DNA of 64,000 bases from an uncultured Alphaproteobacteria bacterium (GTDB taxonomy: Bacteria > Pseudomonadota > Alphaproteobacteria > Sphingomonadales > Sphingomonadaceae): positions 212,542 through 276,541 of the forward strand of contig CAWJZA010000016.1 of assembly GCA_963847215.1 (NCBI GenBank), in the 5' to 3' direction. Made by a program: the position numbers and the translations under genes. Positions within the stretch are counted from its first letter, which is position 1; each line of letters opens with the position of its first letter. Under the pieces are notes generated by a model that saw only the letters and a list, made by a program, of their open reading frames with translations, ran no database searches and was not told the origin of the DNA. Of this stretch, positions 51,844 through 63,388 are shown in pieces.

Positions 51844-53153
51844 TCAGTCGATCTTCAGCCGGACAAAGCCCAAGCCGCCCCAGCGGTCGCCGCCATAGAA
51901 TGCGGCGAGGTCGCGACCGACGAAGTTGCGCGCCGCCTGCACCCCGACACCGTACTTGAGATGCTTGACCGGTCGGAAGTCACGGATGACGCCCAGCTCA
52001 CCCTTGCTGACCGTCAGCGCCGGCGCCGGGGTTCCGGCCGGGATGAGCAGCAGCTCGTTGTTGTCGACCCGCTCGAAGCGGCCATAGACGGTCCAGCGCG
52101 GGTCAGGATGGACCGCGCTCTCCAGCACCCAGGCGTCGAGCGCAGGCCCATGCCGCTCGCGGCCGCCGAAGGCGCGGCGCTGCGCCCAGATCGCGGTGGT
52201 CGACCAGAAGCCGCGCGGCCCGATCGGCACGGTGTAGATCGCGCTTGCCGACCAGCGCCGCTCGTTGATGTCGGGGTTGAGCTGCTCGGGCGAAACCTGC
52301 CGCGCCCAGCTGGCCTGCAGCGCGACGCGCGGCGTCGGATTGTAGCTGGCGCGGACGGCGACCGAGTTGAGCCGGGGGGCCTCGATGTCGTAGCGATGCT
52401 GGTCGGGTTCGCGGCCGCGAAACCCCGATGCCTCGACTTTAAAGGCGCCGAACACCGCCCCGCCGGTGACGACGCCCTCGGTAATGTGCATCGAATCGAC
52501 CCAGTGATGGCTGATCGGCGCCTCGGGCGAATCCATGATCGACAGGCGGTGCATGAACGCCGGGGGACCGAACGCCGGCTCGCCGGGCAGGCCAGCGTAC
52601 AGGAAGACGCTCGCCGTGTCGGTCAGCCGGTAGGCGTAGCTGACGCTCAGCTCCGCGATCAGGTCATGCGGATGCTGGCGGTCGACCAGCGGCGTTCGTC
52701 CGTCCGCCGTCTCGCCGGTGGCGAGCAGCAGCGGATAGCCATTACGCCCCATCAGGGGGTCGGGCGAGAGCATCGCCCGGACCTGGACGCGGCCGCGATC
52801 GCCGGCGTCGCGGGACACCATGACCATGACCATGCCCGACACGAAGGCCTTGTCGCCGCCGCGCGGGCCGCCCTGGCTGTCGAAGACCCCGTTCAGCAGC
52901 CCGTGGAGCATGATCGACCAGTCGCCGGCGATCAGGTGGAGCGCGTCGTGCGGCGAGGCGTCGGGCTGCCAGCTTGTCCCCGATGCCTCGCGGGTCATCG
53001 CATAGGCGCCGAGAGCGGCCGGCATCGCGGCCATGCCGGGGATCGCCATGCCGGCATGGCGGCCATGTCGGCCATGACCGGCCCCGCCGCCGCCGGCATG
53101 GCGCCGATCAGGACGGCGGCGGTCAGGGCGACAAGGCTGGCAATGCGGCGCAT
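51844..53153 (-). CDS. Putative outer-membrane beta-barrel with Met-rich N-terminus (frameshift near 53050)
   Basis: Signal peptide [23 protein letters not shown], Met-rich tract, [23 protein letters not shown], amphipathic strands ending FVRLKID. Confidence 0.7.
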
Positions 53154-53259
53154 CGCTTTCCGTCCGCGGGCGCGGCCGTGCCGTCAAGGTGCCGCGGCAT
53201 CGTCGCCCGGTCGCGGGCGCTCGCTTCCGCCCGCCCGCGCGGAGCGTTATGACCCCGCC

Positions 53260-54833
53260 ATGATCGACCTGTCCGCGCTGTCCGCCGCCTATTCCGACCT
53301 GCGTCCCGACCCCGGCGAGCCGGCGCAGCGCGTCGCCTTTGGCACCTCGGGGCATCGCGGTTCGGCGCTCGATACCGCCTTCAACGAGGTCCACATCCTC
53401 GCCGTCACGCAGGCGGTCGCCGACTGGCGGCGGGCGCACGGCGTCGACGGTCCGCTGTTCCTCGGCCGCGACACCCATGCGCTGTCGGAGCCGGCGTGGC
53501 TGACGGCGCGCGAGGTGCTGGCGGGTAACGGCATCGACGCGCGGATCGACGCCGGCGGCGGCTTCACTCCGACACCGGTCATCAGCCACGCCATCGTCGG
53601 CCACAACCGCGACCGGCGCGAGCATCTTGCCGACGGCATCGTTGTCACGCCGTCGCACAACCCGCCGCGCGACGGCGGATTCAAGTACAACGGCCCCGAC
53701 GGCGGCCCGGCCGACACCGGCATCACCGGCTGGATCGAGAAGCGGGCCAACGAACTGATCGCCGGCGACCTGCGCGAGGTCCGGCGGGGCGCCGCGGGCG
53801 GCACGCCGTTCGACTATGTGACGCAGTATGTCGACGATCTCGGCAGCGTCCTCGATCTCGACGTCGTCGCCACAGCGGGCCTGCGGATCGGCGTCGATCC
53901 GCTCGGCGGCGCCGGTGTCGGCTATTGGAGCCGGATCGCCGAGCGCTACCGCCTCGACCTGACGGTGGTGAACCCGGTGGTCGACCCCGCCTTCGCCTTC
54001 ATGCCGCCCGACTGGGACGGCAAGATCCGCATGGACTGCTCGTCGCCGCACGCCATGGCCGGGCTGATCGGCATGAAGGACCGCTTCGACCTGTCGTTCG
54101 GCAACGATCCCGATGCCGACCGCCACGGCATCGTCACCCCGGCAGGGTTGATGAACCCCAACCACTATCTGTCGGCCGCGGTCGATTATCTGCTCGGCAG
54201 CCGCCCCGGCTGGAGCGCAGGCGCGGCGATCGGCAAGACGGCGGTGACGAGCGCGATGATCGACCGCGTCGCCGCTGCCCACGGCCGCACCGTGTTCGAG
54301 ACGCCGGTCGGGCTGAAGTGGTTCGTCGCCGGGCTGAGCGCGGGCGATCTGCCTTCGCCGGCGAGGAGAGCGCCGGGGCGACCTTTGTGCGAAAGGACGG
54401 TCGCGTCTGGACGACCGACAAGGACGGGCTGCTGCTCGGCCTGCTCGCCGCCGAGATGACGGCGCGCGGCGGCGAAGACCCGCAGCAGCGCTATCGCCGG
54501 CTGACGGCCACGCTCGGCGAGCCGTTCTACGCCCGGACCGACGCCGTGGCGACGCCGGCGCAGAAGGCGGCGTTCAAGACGCTCGACGTTGCGGCGATGC
54601 CGCGCACGCTGGCGCAGGATATCGTCACGGAAATCGCCACGACCGCGCGCGGCAACGGTGCCCCGCTCGGCGGCGTCAAGGTGTCGACGGCGCGCGGCTG
54701 GTTCGCCGCCCGCCCGTCGGGCACCGAGAATGTCGTCAAGGTCTATGCCGAAAGCTTCGTCGATGCCGCCCATCTGGCGGCGATCCAGGCGGAGGCGCAA
54801 GCCGTCGTCGCCGGACTGACGCCACCGACGTAA
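53260..54833 (+). CDS. pgm: Phosphoglucomutase (frameshift near 54350)
   Basis: [34 protein letters not shown]. Confidence 0.93.
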
Positions 54834-54891
54834 CGACTGGCGCCCGACCGCGCCGCTGCTAGGATGGGGCGCGAACCGGGGGGATTTGCCG

Positions 54892-56832
54892 ATGCGTTTC
54901 ATGATCTTGGCGCTGCTGCTGGCGGGGGCGTCGTCCGCCGCGGCCGACGACCTCGCGGCCCGCTTCGCCGCGCGGCCGGTGGCAACGTCGGTGGCCCTGT
55001 CCCCGGACGGCGACAAGGTGGCATACGTCGGCGCCTACAAAACCGGGGGCTATGCCGTCTCGGTCGTCGACCTCAAGACCGGCGAGACCAGGGCGATTCT
55101 CGCCGGGGCAAACTTGGAGGTCACACCGCGATCCTGCCGGTTCAAGACGGAAACCCGGCTGATCTGCACCCTCTACGGCCTGTTCAATACCGTCGATTAT
55201 GTGAAGGCGTCGAACTTCACCCGCATCCTCGCGATCGACACCGACGGCGGGAATCGCAAGCTGCTCGGCGAGAAGCGTGGCGGCGAACGCTTTGCCGGCG
55301 GCGTCATGGATTATCTACCCGATGACCCCGACCACGTCCTGATGGAAGCGGCGAGCGGCTATTCGTCGTCGACCGGGACGCTGGTGGCGGCAAAGTCACC
55401 GGGCCTTGGCGCTGCACTGGTAGACGTCCGAACAGGCGCCCGCACCTTCGTCGAGAAGCCGAGCCCCGCGACACTGATGCTCGCCGGCGACGACCGCGGC
55501 ACGGTTCGGCTGCGTGGCAGCGGGACCGCCGACGCCGACGGCATCGTCAAGGACACCATGACTTATGCCGTGCGCCCAGCCGGCAGCCGCGACTGGCGGC
55601 CGTTGATGAACATCGCTTTGACCGACGAGCGCGCCATCGCCTTCGACGGTTTCGATGCGGACGGCAGTCATCTCTACGAGCTCGCCCCGCTCGACGGCCG
55701 CACGGCGCTGTTCGCGCTGGCGACCGACGGCTCGACGACGCGGACCCTCGTCTATGCCCACCCGACGGTCGACGTCGACGGCGTTCGCCGGATCGGCAAG
55801 TACCGCCGGCCGGTTGGGGCAAGCTTCACCGTCGATCGCGACGAGGTGCATTATTTCGATCCGACGCTCGCAAAGCTGGCGACACAGCTGGCGAAGGCGC
55901 TGCCCGGCAATCCGTATATCGACATCCGTGACGAGAGCTGGGACGGGACGAAAATCCTGATCTACGCCGCGCGCGGCGGACAGCCGGGGCAGTACTACCT
56001 ATACGATACGACGGCGCGGAAGCTCGGCGGCCTCTTCGGCGCCTATCCGGGTCTCGACGGCGTGGCGCTCGGCGAGGTGCGGGCGGTCAGCTATGCCGCG
56101 GCCGACGGCACGAGGATCCCGGGCTACCTGACGCTGCCGCCTGGGCACACCGACGCCCGCGGCCTCCCCGCACTGCTGATGCCGCACGGTGGTCCGACGG
56201 CGCGCGACACGCTGGGCTTCGACTTTCTCGCTCAATTCTTTGCCGCCGAGGGTTTTGCTGTGCTCCAGCCGAACTTTCGCGGCTCGTCGGGCTTCGGCGA
56301 GTCGTTTTCCGCAGGCAACGCCTTTCATTCGTGGCGGCTGGCGATCGGGGACGTCAACGACGGTGCCCGCTGGCTTGTGACGCAGGGCGTATCGCCGAAC
56401 AAGTTGGCGATCTTCGGCTGGAGCTACGGCGGCTACGCCGCGCTGCAGGCCAATGTTCTCGATCCGACCCTCTATCGAGCTGCCGTCGCGGTCGCGCCGG
56501 TCACCGACCTCGAGATGCTGCGCAGCGAATATCTGCACTTCACCAACTTTAAGCTGGTCGACGCTCAGATCGGTTCGCCGGAAAACGCCCGCGCCGGCTC
56601 CCCCGCCCGCAACGCGGCGCGGATCACGGCCCCCGTGATGATCTTCCACGGCGACCACGACCTGAACGTCGATATTGCCCAGTCACAGGCGATGGTCGGC
56701 GCGCTGAAGGCCGCCGGACGCCAGGTCGAGTTCTTCCGCTACAAGGATCTCGACCACCAGCTGGACGACAGCACCGTGCGCGAGGATATGCTCGCGAGAA
56801 GCGCCGCCTTCCTCAGGAACGCAATGAACTGA
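54892..56832 (+). CDS. S9 family (prolyl oligopeptidase-like) secreted peptidase
   Basis: Signal peptide, PHGGP, NFRGSSG, GWSYGG, HGDHD, DH. Confidence 0.92.
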   Translation: MRFMILALLLAGASSAAADDLAARFAARPVATSVALSPDGDKVAYVGAYKTGGYAVSVVDLKTGETRAILAGANLEVTPRSCRFKTETRLICTLYGLFNTVDYVKASNFTRILAIDTDGGNRKLLGEKRGGERFAGGVMDYLPDDPDHVLMEAASGYSSSTGTLVAAKSPGLGAALVDVRTGARTFVEKPSPATLMLAGDDRGTVRLRGSGTADADGIVKDTMTYAVRPAGSRDWRPLMNIALTDERAIAFDGFDADGSHLYELAPLDGRTALFALATDGSTTRTLVYAHPTVDVDGVRRIGKYRRPVGASFTVDRDEVHYFDPTLAKLATQLAKALPGNPYIDIRDESWDGTKILIYAARGGQPGQYYLYDTTARKLGGLFGAYPGLDGVALGEVRAVSYAAADGTRIPGYLTLPPGHTDARGLPALLMPHGGPTARDTLGFDFLAQFFAAEGFAVLQPNFRGSSGFGESFSAGNAFHSWRLAIGDVNDGARWLVTQGVSPNKLAIFGWSYGGYAALQANVLDPTLYRAAVAVAPVTDLEMLRSEYLHFTNFKLVDAQIGSPENARAGSPARNAARITAPVMIFHGDHDLNVDIAQSQAMVGALKAAGRQVEFFRYKDLDHQLDDSTVREDMLARSAAFLRNAMN

Positions 56833-57838
56833 GCTGCCAGCCGAGCGTCTCGCCGGCGTGGAATGGGACGAGGTCGCCAATCCGCTCCGGCACGCGGGTC
56901 GGGACGCGGGTCAGCGTCACCTGGTCGGTGTTGACCGGCAAGCGGTAGAAGGCAGGGCCATGGCGGCTGGCGAAGCCCTCCAGCCGGTCGAGGGCGCCGC
57001 AGGCATCGAACACCGCGGCGTAGCTTTCCAGTGCGAACGGCGCGTTCCACACGCCGGCGCAGCCGCACGCCGCCTCCTTGGCGTGGACGGCGTGAGGGGC
57101 CGAGTCGGTGCCGAGGAAGAACTTCGGACTACCCGACGTCGCCGCGGCGACGAGGGCCCGGCGGTGCCGCTCGCGCTTCAGCACGGGCAGGCAATAATGG
57201 TGCGGCCGTAGGCCGCCAGCAAACAAGGCATTGCGGCTGAGATGCAGGTGGTGTGGGGTGATCGTCGCCGCGATGTTCGGCCCGGTGTCGCGGACGAAGG
57301 CAACGGCCTCGGTGGTCGTGATATGCTCGAAAACGATCCGCAGTTCGGGCAGCCGGCTCACCAGCGGCTCCAAGATGCGCTCGATGAAGACCGCCTCGCG
57401 ATCGAAGATATCGACGCCGGGGTCGGTTACCTCACCGTGGATGAGCAGCGGCATCCCGGCCGCCGCCAGCGCCTCGAGTACCGGCATGATGCGCATGATG
57501 TCGGTCACGCCGGCGGCGCTGTTGGTCGTTGCGTGTGCCGGATACAGCTTGACGGCCGTCAGCACGCCGTCGCGGTGTCCGGCGACCAGGTCGGCAGCCT
57601 CGCTCGCGTCCGTCAGGTAGGCGGTCATCAGCGGCACGAAGCCGTCGGCGGCGGCGGCGGTGATCCGGTCACGATAAGCCAGGGCAGCACTTGCCGTGGT
57701 CACCGGCTCGGCCAAGTTAGGCATGACGATGGCACGAGCGAACTGGGCGGCGGTGAACGGGACAACACGCGCGAGCATTGCGCCGTCGCGCAGGTGGACG
57801 TGCCAGTCGTCGGGGCGGGGCAGGGTCAGGCGATCCAT
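56813..57838 (-). CDS. pyrC: Dihydroorotase (type II)
   Basis: DDWHVHLRDG, KLYPAHATTNS, FEHIT, CLPVLK, GTDSAPH. Confidence 0.96.
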   Translation of the reverse strand: MDRLTLPRPDDWHVHLRDGAMLARVVPFTAAQFARAIVMPNLAEPVTTASAALAYRDRITAAAADGFVPLMTAYLTDASEAADLVAGHRDGVLTAVKLYPAHATTNSAAGVTDIMRIMPVLEALAAAGMPLLIHGEVTDPGVDIFDREAVFIERILEPLVSRLPELRIVFEHITTTEAVAFVRDTGPNIAATITPHHLHLSRNALFAGGLRPHHYCLPVLKRERHRRALVAAATSGSPKFFLGTDSAPHAVHAKEAACGCAGVWNAPFALESYAAVFDACGALDRLEGFASRHGPAFYRLPVNTDQVTLTRVPTRVPERIGDLVPFHAGETLGWQLSSLRS

Positions 57839-57876
57839 GCTTCCGCCTACGGGCTGACTGCCCGGCGCTCAAGCCT

Positions 57877-58074
57877 TCAGGAGGAGACCGACCGGGCCGT
57901 GCGTGGCCGTCGCAGCGCGGCGATCGAGACGAAGGCGGCAAGGGCCACGGTCCATTCCACCGCGCTACCCACCCGGTGCGGCGGCGCCACCGCAGCTCGC
58001 CGTTGCTGCGGCGCAGCAGCAGCAGCAGGAAGCGTCACCATCATAGCCGCAGCGAACAGGATCGTACCGCGCAT
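57877..58074 (-). CDS. 65-aa secreted microprotein with PEP-CTERM-like C-terminal tail
   Basis: MRGTILFAAAMMVTLPAAAAA signal, short linker, EWTVALAAFVSIAALRRPR; GAGG just upstream and a sigma54 promoter. Confidence 0.55.
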   Translation of the reverse strand: MRGTILFAAAMMVTLPAAAAAPQQRRAAVAPPHRVGSAVEWTVALAAFVSIAALRRPRTARSVSS

Positions 58075-58114
58075 CACCCGCACCTCATCAACGCACGTTC
58101 ACCACGCAATGTTC

Positions 58115-58129
58115 GCAAACACCGTGCCA
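58115..58129 (-). promoter_or_regulatory. sigma54 -24/-12 promoter
   Basis: Minus strand TGGCAC-GGTGT-TTGC, exact core consensus, about 40 nt above ATG 58074. Confidence 0.75.
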
Positions 58130-58199
58130 CTGGCTAAACGGCGCCCGCGACAGGACCAAAGCACTGCTTCTTTGTGCATTGCATCAATACCCTTAACGT

Positions 58200-58219
58200 T
58201 GAACCAAAACGTTGGTTCA
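58200..58219. promoter_or_regulatory. Perfect inverted repeat, candidate operator
   Basis: TGAACCAA-AACG-TTGGTTCA in an AT-rich divergent intergenic region. Confidence 0.55.
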
Positions 58220-58358
58220 GGGCGTCGAACTTTTTATGATCGCGGCTACCACCCGTTTGATGGTTGGTTAGAGGCCGCTCGTGACCACCAGCCCATTGCC
58301 TTTTGCGTAGCTCGAGTGCACGTTCCGGATCGAGCTTCGACAGAGGCCTTTGGGGAGA

Positions 58359-59651
58359 ATGGTCGTGGCAACGCGCGCGATTGATTTCGACAGCTGGGGC
58401 GGCGAGGTTGCCGCCCATCCCGCCCGCGAGCGCGCCTACTCGGTGCCGCTTGGCGAGCTCGACATGCTCGAGACCGACCTTTGGGTGAACGACGCCCACT
58501 GGCCTTATTTCGAGCGGCTGCGCGACGAAAGCCCGGTCCATTACCATGCCAACGGCAAGTTTGGTCCCTACTGGTCGATTACCCGCTACGCCGACATCAT
58601 GAAGGTCGACACCGACCACGTGCGTTTTTCGTCCGACGCCCATCTTGGCGGTATCACCGCCAAGGACATGGACAAGGACTTCATCCTGCCGATGTTCATC
58701 GCCATGGACCCGCCTAAGCACGACGTGCAGCGCAAGGCGGTGTCGCCGATCGTCTCGCCCGGCAATCTCGCGTTTCTTGAGGGCCTGATCCGAGAGCGGG
58801 CGCAGAAGATCTTCGACGAGCTGCCGCGCGGCGAGACGTTCGACTGGGTCGACCGTGTATCGATCGAGCTGACCACGCAGATGCTGGCGACGCTGTTCGA
58901 TTTTCCGTGGGAGGACCGCCGTCTGCTGACCTATTGGTCAGACATGGCGACCGCCGACGAGACGGTTCCGGGCAACCCGACCAAGGCCGAGCGCGAGGCG
59001 ATCATGCTCGAATGCCTGATGTACTTCACGCGGCTGTGGAACGAGCGGGTCAACAGCCCGACACCGGGCAACGACCTCGTCTCGATGCTGGCGCACAACC
59101 CGGCGACACGCGACATGATACCGATGGAGTATCTCGGCAACCTGCTGCTGCTGATCGTCGGCGGCAACGACACGACGCGCAACTCGATCACTGGCGGCCT
59201 GCAGTTCATGATGGCGAACCCGTCGGAATGGGCAAAGCTGAAGGCCAACCCCGCGTTGGTCGAATCGGCGGTCAGCGAGATCATCCGCTACCAGACGCCG
59301 CTCGCCCATATGCGGCGAACGGCGCTGACCGACGTCGAGATCGGCGGCAAAACGATTCGTGAGGGCGACCGCGTCGTCATGTGGTACGTCTCGGGCAACC
59401 GCGACGAGCGCGCCGTGCCCGAGCCGAACCGCTTCTGGATTGACCGACCGCGCGTCCGCCAGCACCTGTCGTTCGGCTTCGGCATCCATCGCTGCGTCGG
59501 CAATCGGCTGGCCGAACTGCAGCTCAAGATCGTCTGGCAGGAGATCCTCAAGCGCTACCCCGACGGTATCGAGATCATGGGCCCGCCGACGCGGGTTCCC
59601 TCGGCCTTCGTCAAGGGCTATTCCAGCCTGCCGGTCCGCATCCCGGCCTGA
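58359..59651 (+). CDS. Cytochrome P450, CYP153 family
   Basis: MFIAMDPPKHDVQR, LLIVGGNDTTRNS, EIIR, HLSFGFGIHRCVGNRLAE. Confidence 0.92.
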   Translation: MVVATRAIDFDSWGGEVAAHPARERAYSVPLGELDMLETDLWVNDAHWPYFERLRDESPVHYHANGKFGPYWSITRYADIMKVDTDHVRFSSDAHLGGITAKDMDKDFILPMFIAMDPPKHDVQRKAVSPIVSPGNLAFLEGLIRERAQKIFDELPRGETFDWVDRVSIELTTQMLATLFDFPWEDRRLLTYWSDMATADETVPGNPTKAEREAIMLECLMYFTRLWNERVNSPTPGNDLVSMLAHNPATRDMIPMEYLGNLLLLIVGGNDTTRNSITGGLQFMMANPSEWAKLKANPALVESAVSEIIRYQTPLAHMRRTALTDVEIGGKTIREGDRVVMWYVSGNRDERAVPEPNRFWIDRPRVRQHLSFGFGIHRCVGNRLAELQLKIVWQEILKRYPDGIEIMGPPTRVPSAFVKGYSSLPVRIPA

Positions 59652-59661
59652 TCGGAGCACC

Positions 59662-59981
59662 ATGGCGCGCATCACCTACATCGCTGCCGACGGCGGCGCG
59701 CGGACGCTCGACGTTCCCGACGGCGAATCGCTGATGGAGGCGGCCGTAGCCAACGGCGTCCCCGGCATCGACGGCGACTGCGGCGGCAACTGCGCCTGCG
59801 CGACGTGCCACGTCCATGTCGCACCAGAATGGCTCGCCGCCGCGGGGAGCGGTCGGAGATGGAAGCGGCGATGCTCGAATTCGCCGAAGGGGTCACCGCC
59901 GACAGCCGCCTCGCGTGTCAGATCGTCGCCGCGCCGACGCTCGACGGTATGGTCGTGCGGACGCCGGTGAGCCAGCACTAG
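59662..59981 (+). CDS. 2Fe-2S ferredoxin, adrenodoxin/putidaredoxin type (frameshift in G run near 59845)
   Basis: DCGGNCACATCHV ... SRLACQI; directly after the P450. Confidence 0.88.
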
Positions 59982-60045
59982 CGCCCAGGCGTCGGCTTCC
60001 GCATACTCGGCACCAACGACCGCCAAGCGGCATGGGGAGAGAGCG

Positions 60046-61681
<1,636 letters not shown>

Positions 61682-61688
61682 GCGGGTT

Positions 61689-62129
61689 GTGCCGCTCGAC
61701 CTGCTGTTCCGCATCGCCTCGACGCTGGCGCTGGCCGGCTGGCTGATCCTTGCCGTCTGTCCGTGGCAGCGGCCGCTGGCGGTGTTCACCGCCCGGCTGA
61801 TCGCGGCCGTGCTGTGCGGCGGCTATTTTGCGGTGCTGGTCCACGCGCTCGGCCACGGTCCGGCGCCCGACTGGCGCGCCTTCAACTCGCTCGACGGGGT
61901 CATGCGCCTGCTCGGCTCACGCGAGGCGGCGCTTGCCGGCTGGGTTCACTACCTCGCCTTCGATCTGTTCGCCGGTGCGTGGGAGGCGGAGAGTGCCCCG
62001 ACGGCGCGCGTGCCGCACGCGGCACTGCTCGTCTGCCTGTTCCTCACCTTCATGGCGGGGCCGGTCGGACTGCTGTCGTATCTGCTCCTCGCCGCAGCGA
62101 GGGGATCGCCGCGACGCCGCCGGCGCTAG
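61689..62129 (+). CDS. ABA4-like / DUF4281 membrane protein
   Basis: FNSLDGV, GWVHYLAFDLFAG, LTFMAGPVGLL. Confidence 0.85.
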   Translation: MPLDLLFRIASTLALAGWLILAVCPWQRPLAVFTARLIAAVLCGGYFAVLVHALGHGPAPDWRAFNSLDGVMRLLGSREAALAGWVHYLAFDLFAGAWEAESAPTARVPHAALLVCLFLTFMAGPVGLLSYLLLAAARGSPRRRRR

Positions 62130-62329
62130 CGGCGCTTTTCCTGGACCCGCAGCGTCGAACCGTCGGGCAGGGCGACCATGACATGGTCGCTGAAGCGGCT
62201 GATGACCGGCGCCTCGACGTCGCGACGGACGGTGCTGCCGGTGCGATAGTCGGTCTCGCGGAACGGCACGACGCGGAAGTCCGCGGCGGGATCGTCGGCA
62301 GGGACGGGCGCGGCGACGGGGTCGGTCAT
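62126..62329 (-). CDS. Small hypothetical protein
   Basis: GGAGG RBS before ATG 62329; plausible codon usage; downstream of infA. Confidence 0.5.
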   Translation of the reverse strand: MTDPVAAPVPADDPAADFRVVPFRETDYRTGSTVRRDVEAPVISRFSDHVMVALPDGSTLRVQEKRR

Positions 62330-62349
62330 GGCTCGTCCTCCAGAGGCGA

Positions 62350-62376
62350 CGCCCCGGAGCACGAAGCTCCGGGGCG
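62350..62376 (-). terminator. Hairpin immediately after infA
   Basis: CGCCCCGGAGC-ACGAA-GCTCCGGGGCG, 11-bp stem; no U tract. Confidence 0.5.
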
Positions 62377-62382
62377 CGCGGG

Positions 62383-62643
62383 TCAGCGGCGGAAGAAGCG
62401 GCGCTGGTTCATCGGCGGGTTGACCGTCTTCTCGCGGAAGACGATCCGCCCCTTGTCGAGGTCATAGGCGGTCATCTCGACATGGACCCGATCGCCGACG
62501 ATCGAGCGGATGCGGTTCTTGCGCATCTTGCCCGCCGTATAGGCGATGATCTCGTGGTCGTTCTCGAGCTTCACGCGGAAGCGGCCGTCGGGCAGGATCT
62601 CGGCGATCACGCCCTCGACCTTAAGCGCCTCTTCCTTCGCCAT
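62383..62643 (-). CDS. infA: Translation initiation factor IF-1 (C-terminally extended)
   Basis: MAKEE...LP...[25 protein letters not shown]...GDRV.VEM..YDL.KGRI. Confidence 0.93.
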   Translation of the reverse strand: MAKEEALKVEGVIAEILPDGRFRVKLENDHEIIAYTAGKMRKNRIRSIVGDRVHVEMTAYDLDKGRIVFREKTVNPPMNQRRFFRR

Positions 62644-62650
62644 ATAGGCT

Positions 62651-62857
62651 TCAGGCCAGCGCGAGGTTGACGGCCGAGGCGCGGCCCTGACGATCGTTCT
62701 CGACGTCGAAGCTGACCTTCTGGCCCTCGTTCAGACCGTTGAGGCCCGACCGCTCGACGGCCGAGACGTGGACGAAGACGTCCTTGGACGCGCCATCGGG
62801 AGCGATGAAGCCATAGCCCTTGACGCTGTTGAAAAACTTGACGGTTCCGATAGCCAT
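62651..62857 (-). CDS. cspA: Cold-shock protein
   Basis: [15 protein letters not shown] (RNP1), DVFVHVSA (RNP2); AAGGAG RBS. Confidence 0.95.
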   Translation of the reverse strand: MAIGTVKFFNSVKGYGFIAPDGASKDVFVHVSAVERSGLNGLNEGQKVSFDVENDRQGRASAVNLALA

Positions 62858-63027
62858 GAGTGGCTCCTTACGTACATTCGTTGGGCCCGGGCGCGGAGAT
62901 GCACCCGGACGCCGCGGCAGCGTGAAACGACAAGAGAAGGCGTAGAAGCGCCGCTCGACGGTTGCAGGCAACTTCGGCTGGCTGCTATGTGCTCGCTTCG
63001 CAGCGCAAATGCAACCCCGGTGGTGCC

Positions 63028-63339
63028 ATGCTCGTCTACAAGCTGCTGCGCGAGAACGAGTGGGCCGCGTTCCAGGCGGCCGGCAGCTTCGCCGGCTCGC
63101 CCGACGACCACCGCGACGGCTTCATCCATCTGTCGGCTGCCGACCAGGTCGAGGCGACGCGGGCGAAGTATTTTGCCGGGGTGCCGGTGGTGCGCGTCGC
63201 GTTCGACGCGGCGGGCCTCGGGGCGGCGCTGCGCTGGGAGGCATCGCGTGGCGGCGCCCTGTTCCCGCACCTGTACCGGGCGCTCACGGCGGACGACGTG
63301 ATCGAAGCGACGCGCACTCCCCTGAGCCGCTTGCATTAA
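63028..63339 (+). CDS. DUF952 family protein
   Basis: LVYKL, DGFIHLS, LRWEASRGGALFPHLY. Confidence 0.88.
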   Translation: MLVYKLLRENEWAAFQAAGSFAGSPDDHRDGFIHLSAADQVEATRAKYFAGVPVVRVAFDAAGLGAALRWEASRGGALFPHLYRALTADDVIEATRTPLSRLH

Positions 63340-63388
63340 TCCGCGCTTCACCCGACCTGCGGCACCAGCGTTGCACGGAGGGGTCCGC

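Noticed and set aside
51136-54459. 1107-aa ORF suggesting a giant Pgm fusion
   Set aside because: The N-terminal ~700 aa are antisense shadow of the EamA and barrel genes; Pgm starts at ATG 53260
56813-56832. 20-nt convergent overlap of pyrC and the S9 peptidase
   Set aside because: Short 3' overlaps are common in compact high-GC genomes and may also come from a terminal indel
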